Shown one piece after another: positions 56,980-64,000 of a DNA stretch of 64,000 bases. The stretch's first letter is position 1. Each line of letters begins with the position of its first letter. The DNA is from Candidatus Bathyarchaeota archaeon (lineage in GTDB: Archaea; Thermoproteota; Bathyarchaeia; Bathyarchaeales; DTEX01). The stretch lies in assembly GCA_018396405.1 (NCBI GenBank), contig JAGTQD010000001.1, positions 5,549 to 69,548 of the forward strand, written 5' to 3'. The position numbers and the translations under genes were made by a program. Below the pieces are notes generated by a model. That model was not told where the DNA came from and did not search any database. It worked only from the letters and a program-made list of their open reading frames with translations.

Positions 56980-57408
56980 TTATATTCCTTCTTTAAGGAT
57001 CCTTTCAAGATCTTTAAAACTCCTGACGATTATATCAGAGTGTTCTATTATCCAGGGGCTTGGATTCCTAATCTTACATATTGTTATGGTCTTCTTTCCC
57101 CTCATTTTGGCATAGAACAATTCCATGCATGTTCCAGCCGAAAGTTTCGGCAAATATGCTATTAGAGCATCGCATCTATCGATGTCTTCAAGATCTCTCC
57201 TAATGAACTCTCTCGGTGGAACGCGGCTCCACCAATCTGAATCTAACGGCGCCTGATAAAGAATTCTCTCACGCCTCCATGGATCAACTGGCTCATAACC
57301 ATACTTTACTAGGAGAGAGCTTATCCTATCCCTATAAGACTGTTGATCCTCCATCCCCTGAATCGGCCCTGATATAAAGACTCTCTTAGTCATCACCATA
57401 CAATACAT
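56980..57408 (-). CDS. nucleoside 2-deoxyribosyltransferase-like protein
   Basis: RVFISGPIQG...DALIAYLP..SAGTCMELFYAKMRGKK resembles the family pattern. The call is from memory. Confidence 0.45.
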   Translation of the reverse strand: MYCMVMTKRVFISGPIQGMEDQQSYRDRISSLLVKYGYEPVDPWRRERILYQAPLDSDWWSRVPPREFIRRDLEDIDRCDALIAYLPKLSAGTCMELFYAKMRGKKTITICKIRNPSPWIIEHSDIIVRSFKDLERILKEGI

Positions 57409-57477
57409 TTAACATTACGTTAATTTTAAATTTTGAGTGAAAGCATAATATGGTTATAAGGTTGTTGGGGTGAAAAA

Positions 57478-57891
57478 ATGGTTAATGTTGAGGGTTACGA
57501 GGTTCGCGAGGGACTATATTATTCTAAGGAGTGGGCTTGGGTTAAAATCGAAGGTAATAGGGCTAGGATTGGAATAAGCGACTACGCCCAGAAGCAACTG
57601 CGCGAGATAGTTTTCGTTGAGCTACCTGGCGTCGAATCCGAGATTAGAAAGGGAGACCCATATGGGACAATAGAGTCCGTTAAGGCGGTATCAGATCTAA
57701 TAGCCCCATTAACTGGTAAGGTTATTGAGGTTAATGATAAGGTTACTGAGGAGCCTGGGACTGTTAACCGTGATCCTTACGGGGATGGGTGGCTAATAGT
57801 TATAGAGCCAACAAAGCTAAATGAGGAGTTAAGGGAGCTAATGACTTTTGAGCAGGCGGTAGAGTGGTATAGGGAGCAGGCAAGGAAATAG
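57478..57891 (+). CDS. gcvH: glycine cleavage system H protein (lipoyl carrier)
   Basis: ARIGISDYAQKQL and IESVKAVSDL (lipoyl-Lys motif). Confidence 0.9.
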   Translation: MVNVEGYEVREGLYYSKEWAWVKIEGNRARIGISDYAQKQLREIVFVELPGVESEIRKGDPYGTIESVKAVSDLIAPLTGKVIEVNDKVTEEPGTVNRDPYGDGWLIVIEPTKLNEELRELMTFEQAVEWYREQARK

Positions 57892-57917
57892 TCTTAACGG
57901 AGAAGAGATGAAACAGT

Positions 57918-59267
57918 ATGCCTCGGAGAATAATTATTATAGGTGCTCATGCAGCTGGATGTGATGCCGCTGCCGCCGCCAGGCTGACTGATAGGCAAGC
58001 CGAAATAATAATGTTCACGAATGAGCGGTATGCGGGCTACTCCCGCTGCGGATTGCCATTCGTTATAGGTGGACATATAAAGAGCTTCCAGGATCTCATA
58101 GTATTCCCATCATCTTACTTTAGAATGAATAGGATTGATCTTAGGGCAGAGGCTAATGTCACGAGTATTGATGCTAAGGCTAAGACCGTTAGCGTGCAAT
58201 ATAAGGATGGGCGTGAAGAGACAATTCAATATGATAGCCTAATCCTCGCTACTGGCGCTAGGGCCGTCATACCGCCAATTAAGGGCAGAGAGAAGAAGGG
58301 CGTTTATACGCTTAGGACTATTGAGGATGGAGAGATGATACTTGAGGCACTTAAAGGGGCTAAGTCCGCGGTGGTTGTTGGGGCTGGATTAATCGGTCTT
58401 GAGATAGCCGTAGCCTTCACAGAGCGCGGCATAAAGACAACAGTTGTGGAACTTCTACCACATGTCCTGCCAGCAATGCTTGACAAAGACATGGCGGATA
58501 TGGTTCAGAAGGAGCTTGAGGCAAAGGGCATTAGAATAATTACTGGAAAGTCTGTTGATGAGATCTTAGGGGATGATAGGGTTACAGGTGTGATGGTCGC
58601 TGGAGAGCAGATCCCAGCGGATATCGTTGTGGTCGCAACGGGCGTTAGGGGAAATACTGAGTTGGCGGAGAAGGCTGGAATAGCCTTGGGTGAGACGAGA
58701 CTGATTAAGGTCAACATGCGCATGGAGACGAACATTAAGGATATTTACGCGTGTGGAGACTGCGTCGAGTCAATACATTTAGTCACTAGGCGGCCGACAG
58801 TCAGCCAGCTCGGCACAACGGCGGTGAGGCAGGCTAGGGTTGCTGGAATAAATGCCGCTGGCGGATACGCGGTCTTCTCGGGAGTTCTGGGCGCGGCTGT
58901 GACAAAATTGTTTGATTTGGAGATAGGCGCGGTTGGACTGACGGAGACCTTCGCTGAGAGGGCTGGAATAAAGACGGACTCGATGATATTAAGTGGAAAG
59001 ACTAAGGCATCATATTATCCAGGGGCTCTGCCAATAACCATTAAGCTTGTTGTTGATAAGGAGACCGAGAAGGTTATTGGCGCGGAGATTATTGGCGGTG
59101 AAGGTGTTGCGCCAAGGATAAACGCGTTATCCTATGCGATAATGAAGGAGATGACTCTGAGGGAGCTGGCTAAGGCTGAGACATGTTATGCGCCACCCCT
59201 CTCAGAGACATGGGATCCAGTTACATTAACAGCGCAGGCGCTACTCAGAAAAATTAAGCCTAGGTAA
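57918..59267 (+). CDS. CoA-disulfide reductase / NADH oxidase family FAD-dependent oxidoreductase
   Basis: Has a single redox Cys motif (YSRCGLPF), GAGLIGLE, and CGDC. Confidence 0.75.
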   Translation: MPRRIIIIGAHAAGCDAAAAARLTDRQAEIIMFTNERYAGYSRCGLPFVIGGHIKSFQDLIVFPSSYFRMNRIDLRAEANVTSIDAKAKTVSVQYKDGREETIQYDSLILATGARAVIPPIKGREKKGVYTLRTIEDGEMILEALKGAKSAVVVGAGLIGLEIAVAFTERGIKTTVVELLPHVLPAMLDKDMADMVQKELEAKGIRIITGKSVDEILGDDRVTGVMVAGEQIPADIVVVATGVRGNTELAEKAGIALGETRLIKVNMRMETNIKDIYACGDCVESIHLVTRRPTVSQLGTTAVRQARVAGINAAGGYAVFSGVLGAAVTKLFDLEIGAVGLTETFAERAGIKTDSMILSGKTKASYYPGALPITIKLVVDKETEKVIGAEIIGGEGVAPRINALSYAIMKEMTLRELAKAETCYAPPLSETWDPVTLTAQALLRKIKPR

Positions 59268-59304
59268 ACCGTTTATAGACAATTCCAATCCCTTTTTTCC
59301 TTTC

Positions 59305-59328
59305 TGTCTGTATTTTCTGCAACAGACA
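59305..59328. promoter_or_regulatory. 7-bp inverted repeat TGTCTGT-N10-ACAGACA upstream of the archaellin gene
   Basis: Read directly from the sequence. It lies about 50 nt upstream of the arlB start and just after a T-tract (59293-59298). Confidence 0.3.
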
Positions 59329-59374
59329 CAGTATCATATAGCTGTTTTAGGCTAATCTCTTTTCGGGGGAAGGA

Positions 59375-60019
59375 ATGAGGAAAGCTTTCTTTAGAAATAG
59401 GAGGGGCATGGTCGGCATTGAGGCTGCAATAGTCCTCATAGCTTTCGTCATAGTCGCGGCGGCATTCAGCTTCATGGTAATAAACATGGGCCTATTCTCA
59501 ACACAAAGGGGCAAGGAGGCAATACAAGACTCGCTACAGGAGGCTGTCAGCCCACTAACAGTAGATGGACTCATATTAATCAAGGGAAAGACAGGTCAAG
59601 GTGGGGGCGTCTCAGTAATAGTTATACCACTTAAGACGCTAGGCGTTAAATATGTTCCAATGGATGCAGATAGGACTGTAGTCTCATTTACAATATCTGG
59701 AAGCCAAGATGCATCATATCCAAACATTTACGCTGGGATCGATAATACGCCAATCGACTCATCCACCAACTATGATGGGCTCGCAAGCAACGTAAATCCT
59801 GACGAGGCTAAATTGTTCATTGTGGGCTCAGACGATGATTATTCGTTGGATGCGACTGAAAAGGGCTACCTAATAATTAAGCCTAGCTCAACAAAACCAG
59901 TTGAAAGAGATCATGTCATAGTGGAGATTAGGCCGCAGAAGGGAGCTCCACTCTCAATTGAGTTCACGATTCCGCCACAGCTGCCGTACGATGAGAGCTG
60001 GCTGGCAGTTGGAGTGTAG
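59375..60019 (+). CDS. arlB: archaellin (archaeal flagellin)
   Basis: Has a class III signal peptide and hydrophobic N-terminus (RRGMVGIEAAIVLIAFVIVAAAFSFMVINMGLFSTQ). Confidence 0.9.
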   Translation: MRKAFFRNRRGMVGIEAAIVLIAFVIVAAAFSFMVINMGLFSTQRGKEAIQDSLQEAVSPLTVDGLILIKGKTGQGGGVSVIVIPLKTLGVKYVPMDADRTVVSFTISGSQDASYPNIYAGIDNTPIDSSTNYDGLASNVNPDEAKLFIVGSDDDYSLDATEKGYLIIKPSSTKPVERDHVIVEIRPQKGAPLSIEFTIPPQLPYDESWLAVGV

Positions 60020-60043
60020 TAGCCACGAATGGAAAGCAAGACT

Positions 60044-60080
60044 CTTCATTTTTCTTTTTCTTTACATTAATTTGATTTTT
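60044..60080 (+). terminator. T-tract terminator region after arlB
   Basis: CTTCATTTTTCTTTTTCTTTACATTAATTTGATTTTT. Confidence 0.6.
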
Positions 60081-60157
60081 GGTCTAGATTGTTTTGTCTC
60101 CATTTTTGTTTCAGAAGCATGAAATATCCCGCGAATTAAACCATAAGCTGGGTTTCT

Positions 60158-60904
60158 GTGAACCGTGAAAGAGGGGATAGTATTATTATGAGTGGGGATA
60201 GCATTGCGCGTATTGAGAGGGAGATTGTGGAGATTAAATCCGCGCTGGGTAAGCTCAATGAGTTAGAGGGAGTCATCGAAGAGATTAAGAGGGGATTAAT
60301 GGATTTAAGAGCAACATTAAATGAGGTGGAGAACCCATTTAATCTCCTCAGGTTCATAACCAGCGAGGAGGACTTGGCTAGGGTAAACGAGGCTAAGCCA
60401 GTCTTAGAGAAAATTGTTAAGGAGAAGGGTGTTCCCCAGGAGCCTGCGACGCCCCTTAAGAGTGGGGAGAAAGAGGAAAGGGAAGCAAAGACTGCTATAG
60501 AGGAGCGCACAAAGGAGGCTAACTACATTGAGAGACCCCATGTTACCTATGAGAAAGATTTCACCGGATTAGATTTCAGAAGAACCTTTGAGATCATTGA
60601 GTGGATTTACTCTATGCTCGACATGGGCTTCGATGAAGACTCCATTAGGAGCATATGCCAATACTCTGAATTCTTTAATCTATTGCCGAGGGGCTCAGCG
60701 CAATATATATCCAGCCTATCCAACGTGGTGAAGAGGGCAAAATCCAATAATATAACTGAAGACGCATTGATCCTAGGCATATATGGCCTAGCTAACATAA
60801 TGAATCTAACATTAGACCGCTCTGAGATAGTCGGCCTCATAAGGAGCCTTCTTAGGAATAGAAGGCTTAATGGGGAGTGCTTTAAGGCTTGGGCTTCTCA
60901 ATAA
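60158..60904 (+). CDS. archaellum accessory protein in the ArlX position, with a coiled coil and a FlaD/E-like C-terminal region
   Basis: Operon position. N-terminal heptad repeats with no TM segment. The C-terminal TFEIIEWIYSMLDMGFDEDSIRSICQYSEFFNLL resembles the FlaD/E domain. The likely start is the ATG at 60188. Confidence 0.55.
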   Translation: MNRERGDSIIMSGDSIARIEREIVEIKSALGKLNELEGVIEEIKRGLMDLRATLNEVENPFNLLRFITSEEDLARVNEAKPVLEKIVKEKGVPQEPATPLKSGEKEEREAKTAIEERTKEANYIERPHVTYEKDFTGLDFRRTFEIIEWIYSMLDMGFDEDSIRSICQYSEFFNLLPRGSAQYISSLSNVVKRAKSNNITEDALILGIYGLANIMNLTLDRSEIVGLIRSLLRNRRLNGECFKAWASQ

Positions 60905-61389
60905 CCCTAAGCGAAATAATTATTCTTGTAGCCTCCGTGATCCTAGCAAGCGGCTTCTCGGCATACGCTATTCAAAGCGGAATACTAATACAGAATAACA
61001 TAATGCAGAGTCTCACAGATGCGAGGACGGTACTTAACACCCGTGTAAGTATAGCTTATGCGACTTTGAATGATTCGACAAGCCCAGCGCACTTCATTGT
61101 CTACGCAAAAAATACTGGCATGAACCCGATAACAAACTTTAATTTAGTGGACGTTTACTTCGGCGAGTACGGTAAAGCAAAGCTCTACACATATGATAAA
61201 AACGCGTCTCCTGGAAGCGGGAAATTTAGTCTAGAGGACTGTGATGGGGACGGAGTATGGGAGGTTGCCGAAACCGCAGTAATAAGGATTTACCCTGAGA
61301 CAAACATTTACTTAAGCATATATGAAGTTAGAATCGCCCCATATAAAGGCTTACAAGACATTTACATCTTTACTGCGCCAAGCGGGTGA
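60889..61389 (+). CDS. arlG: archaellum protein ArlG (FlaG)
   Basis: TTG start. Archaellin-like hydrophobic N-terminus (MGFSITLSEIIILVASVILASGF). Operon position. Confidence 0.7.
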   Translation: MGFSITLSEIIILVASVILASGFSAYAIQSGILIQNNIMQSLTDARTVLNTRVSIAYATLNDSTSPAHFIVYAKNTGMNPITNFNLVDVYFGEYGKAKLYTYDKNASPGSGKFSLEDCDGDGVWEVAETAVIRIYPETNIYLSIYEVRIAPYKGLQDIYIFTAPSG

Positions 61390-61395
61390 CTTGGA

Positions 61396-61914
61396 TTGGG
61401 CTTCTCAGCGGTAGTCGCCTCAGCAATAACCCTTACTGGACTTTTAATTTTCGCTGGCCTAACGGTCATCATAATACCGCTGACGACTAGCGCCATGACT
61501 AGTCTTAGCCAAACCATACGAAACTACAACTCGATGGATGGTGGTGCTAGGATAGAGTTAAGTGTCAATAGCGTGGATGGCGTTAGCGTAAGGTTTTACT
61601 TAAGAAACCTCGGCCCAAAAACAATATTCTTTCGGAGGGGGAACTACGACTGGAATACAATACTAGTCAGCTATAGAAGCGATTTCTGGAGAACATATCT
61701 TCTAGACAACTACACCATACTAGAGAAAAGGATCATAAACTCGAACTACACGCTTAATGCTGAGGGCTCTTTAAGCCTAAACCCCGGGGAAGAAGCCCTA
61801 ATAGAAGCTTATCTGCCGCCCGAAGCCCCGGAGATACCGGTAAATGACACTGTTACCGTTGTTTTCGTCTCTCATTATGGCTCAGTGGCCGTTGGTAGGG
61901 GTGTTAGGTTATGA
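61396..61914 (+). CDS. arlF: archaellum protein ArlF (FlaF)
   Basis: TTG start. N-terminus MGFSAVVASAITLTGLLIFAG. Operon position. Confidence 0.7.
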   Translation: MGFSAVVASAITLTGLLIFAGLTVIIIPLTTSAMTSLSQTIRNYNSMDGGARIELSVNSVDGVSVRFYLRNLGPKTIFFRRGNYDWNTILVSYRSDFWRTYLLDNYTILEKRIINSNYTLNAEGSLSLNPGEEALIEAYLPPEAPEIPVNDTVTVVFVSHYGSVAVGRGVRL

Positions 61915-62612
61915 AGGTTATATCACTTGGAATAACTGACTTAGATAGGTGTCTTGGTGGGGGCTTCCCCCATCCATGCCTAGCATCAATTGAGGGCGAG
62001 TTTGGATCAGGGAAGACCGTATTGACCCAGAGGATAGTTTACTCCATGCTCAGGGAGGGCTTAAGAGTATACGTCATAACTACCGAGACGGCTTCAAATG
62101 AGTATATTGAAATGATGAGGTCGATAAACATGGATGTCTCCCTAAAGTATGTGAGCGGAGACCTACATATATTTCCGCTTCATGTTGAGAGAGGAAGGTG
62201 GACTATGTTCCTAGCGTCCCTATTCTTCAGGGTGGCTGAGAACTTCCTCCATGCGAGAAAAGACAGGTATGATGCAGCCGTCATAGACAGCCTAAGCATC
62301 CTAGCAGTTAATACTCCACCACACGTCTTCCTAACGTTTATCACGCGGATGAAGAACCTCGTCACGGATGGAAAGACGATAATATTAACGTTCCATCCAA
62401 GATTCCTCTCAGAAGATACTGTCATGAAGTTGAAGGCCTCCTCGGATGTCTACCTAGTCATATCTAATGCTAGGGTTGCTGGGATGGACGTAAAGCTCCT
62501 AAGAGTTGTTAAATTGTGGGGTACGCCCGGTGAGAGGAAGAGCACTGTAACTCTGGAAGTGAACCCACACTTTGGCCTTAGGGTGCTCCCCTTAGGGGGA
62601 ATAAAAGTTTGA
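61911..62612 (+). CDS. arlH: archaellum RecA/KaiC-like ATP-binding protein ArlH (FlaH)
   Basis: Walker A motif GEFGSGKTVL. ATGA overlap with arlF. Confidence 0.85.
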   Translation: MKVISLGITDLDRCLGGGFPHPCLASIEGEFGSGKTVLTQRIVYSMLREGLRVYVITTETASNEYIEMMRSINMDVSLKYVSGDLHIFPLHVERGRWTMFLASLFFRVAENFLHARKDRYDAAVIDSLSILAVNTPPHVFLTFITRMKNLVTDGKTIILTFHPRFLSEDTVMKLKASSDVYLVISNARVAGMDVKLLRVVKLWGTPGERKSTVTLEVNPHFGLRVLPLGGIKV

Positions 62613-62620
62613 GGTTTATT

Positions 62621-64000
62621 TTGGGTAAATTAAGGGGGAATAGGCTGGATGCCACATATATAAGCCCATTCGACTATAGGACCCCGAAGACCCTCGATGA
62701 AGCCCTCCAAAATTACCCGTACCTAAAGGAATATGTGGAGGCCAATGGGATTAAACCAACCTATATGGCTGACCTAAACGATTTAGCTCTTAACACATCC
62801 AATATTAATTCAACAGACGTTATATACCCTGTTGGGCTCGGAATATTTATCCATGTTAAGCCCGGCGGAGAGATAGGAAAATACAATATTATTGAGCCAC
62901 GGAGGCCGAGCCAACACCTGCTTGATAAGTTTGAGGATATTCTTGCGAAGGAGATAGGCGATGAAGTATCGGCTGAAACCATTAAGGAGAGGGAGAAGGT
63001 GATAGTTGAAATTTTTATGAAGGCTGTCTCAAGCGGCAAGCTCAAGATACCGGAGGGGGAGAGGGAAAACTTCCTCTACCATTTTATTCGGGAGAAGCTT
63101 GGGCATGGAATAGTGGATTGCTTCCTAGCGGATCCATGGCTTGAGGATATAAGCGTTCCAGGAGCGGGCAAGATCTTCGTCGTCCACAAGTTTTTCGGGA
63201 CATTAGAGAGCAATCTAGAGGTCAGTAAGGAGGAAGTGGATATGCTCCTAAGAAGCATAGCTGAAAGGTACGGCAAGATCTTAAGCTACATGCACCCAAT
63301 ACTTGACATTCATCTTCCAGACGGATCAAGATTCAACATAGTTTTCGGGGAGGACATAAGCCTGCGCGGAAGCAACTTCACTATAAGAAAGTTTCCAAAA
63401 GAGCCTATCTCAGTCGCCCACCTAATAAAGTGGAGAACCCTCTCAGACATAATGGCGGCATACATGTGGATGCTTCTGGAAGTTGGAGTCTCATTCTTTA
63501 TATGCGGCGAGACCGCCTCAGGTAAAACAACGAGCCTAAATGCTCTGGTTGGGTTGATAAGACCTGACTCAAAGATAATTAGTATTGAGGAGACCCCTGA
63601 GGTCAATCTGCCCCACAGAAACTGGGTTAGAGAGATAACGCGCCTACACAGCGGCAGCAAGGTCACAATGTTCGATCTATTGAAGGCTGCTCTCAGGCAG
63701 AGACCAGACTACATTATTGTTGGCGAGATTAGGGGTGAGGAAGGGCATGTAGCTTTCCAGGCTATTGAAACCGGGCATCCGGTTATATCAACAATGCATG
63801 CAGGTGATATAGAGACCCTCTTCCAGAGGCTGACCTCCCCACCAATAAACGTCCCTAAAACCCACATAAATGGATTAAACATAGCCATATTCCAGAATAG
63901 GATTAAGAGGGGCACGAAGCTCGTCAGAAGGGTTTTATCAGTCAACGAGATAATAGGCTATGACCCTGAGGAGAACAGCCTAAATTATCTCCCAGTCTTC
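62621..64000 (+). CDS. arlI: archaellum motor ATPase ArlI (FlaI), partial (3' end runs off the window)
   Basis: My own translation; the ORF is absent from the track because it has no stop in the window. Contains ..FICGETASGKTTSLNAL.. (Walker A), RQRPDYIIVGEIRGEE and TGHPVISTMHAG. The TTG start is at 62621 or 62609. Confidence 0.9.
   Translation, partial: MGKLRGNRLDATYISPFDYRTPKTLDEALQNYPYLKEYVEANGIKPTYMADLNDLALNTSNINSTDVIYPVGLGIFIHVKPGGEIGKYNIIEPRRPSQHLLDKFEDILAKEIGDEVSAETIKEREKVIVEIFMKAVSSGKLKIPEGERENFLYHFIREKLGHGIVDCFLADPWLEDISVPGAGKIFVVHKFFGTLESNLEVSKEEVDMLLRSIAERYGKILSYMHPILDIHLPDGSRFNIVFGEDISLRGSNFTIRKFPKEPISVAHLIKWRTLSDIMAAYMWMLLEVGVSFFICGETASGKTTSLNALVGLIRPDSKIISIEETPEVNLPHRNWVREITRLHSGSKVTMFDLLKAALRQRPDYIIVGEIRGEEGHVAFQAIETGHPVISTMHAGDIETLFQRLTSPPINVPKTHINGLNIAIFQNRIKRGTKLVRRVLSVNEIIGYDPEENSLNYLPVF

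Noticed and set aside
1-64000. Scanned intergenic spacers for tRNA or rRNA genes, CRISPR repeats and long direct repeats marking an integrated element.
   Set aside because: The largest non-coding gaps are under 300 bp and AT-rich. None has GC-rich stems, T-loop-like GTTCGAATC motifs or periodic repeats. This was an unaided visual scan, so small or degenerate elements could have been missed.

Overview
This 64 kb window looks like core chromosome of a thermophilic archaeon of the Thermoproteota (crenarchaeal) type. The evidence is Nop5 and fibrillarin, Hjc, RNAP subunits D and N, a DTD2-type deacylase, a ThiD-ThiN fusion, an IPK-type mevalonate cluster, and an archaellum operon in crenarchaeal gene order with a Sulfolobus-like archaellin. 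All calls rest on my own reading of the ORF translations and raw sequence, using motifs recalled from memory. No alignment, HMM or database search was run.

Coding density is high, many genes overlap, and GTG/TTG starts are frequent. Because the ORF track gives the longest ORF, several 5' ends are probably too long.

Contents, in order:
- pyrD and pyrK. pyrK runs off the left edge and is missing from the ORF track.
- nop5 and flpA, then a DUF1847-like Cys-rich protein and an MFS transporter.
- An ECF-S-like transporter, two divergent threonine-synthase paralogs, and a solitary small serine recombinase.
- A cytoplasmic Mo/W-bisPGD oxidoreductase pair.
- trpA-trpB2, thiC-thiDN and glycerate 2-kinase.
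- The AmmeMemoRadiSam radical SAM enzyme, with its Memo-like partner 21 kb away.
- hjc, proBA, and a GH57/GT4/GalT glycan cluster.
- trm1, nadC and gltX.
- A mevalonate cluster: mvk-ipk-idi2-GGPP synthase.
- Two ribosomal protein/RNAP blocks: S2-eno-rpoN-S9-L13-L18e-rpoD-S11-S4-S13 and secE-spt5-L11-L1-L10.
- rio2, DUF460, and gcvH with a CoADR/Nox-like reductase.
- arlB-(X/DE-like)-G-F-H-I. arlI runs off the right edge and is also missing from the track.

I found no rRNA, tRNA or CRISPR array.

Most interesting observations:
1. One threonine-synthase paralog has Arg in place of the PLP Schiff-base lysine and carries a C-terminal PadR-like winged helix. It sits between a canonical thrC and an ECF-S transporter gene whose core promoter contains a perfect 22-bp palindrome. 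It is a candidate enzyme-fold metabolite-sensing regulator module.
2. A textbook C2H2 zinc finger is fused to the N-terminus of the Mo/W-bisPGD catalytic subunit.
3. The serine recombinase is bracketed by a 9-bp inverted repeat and has a three-repeat, res-like upstream region.
4. Ribosomal stalk protein P0 is short, lacks the acidic tail, and has no P1 gene downstream.
5. A soluble FlaD/E-like protein occupies the ArlX slot of the archaellum operon.
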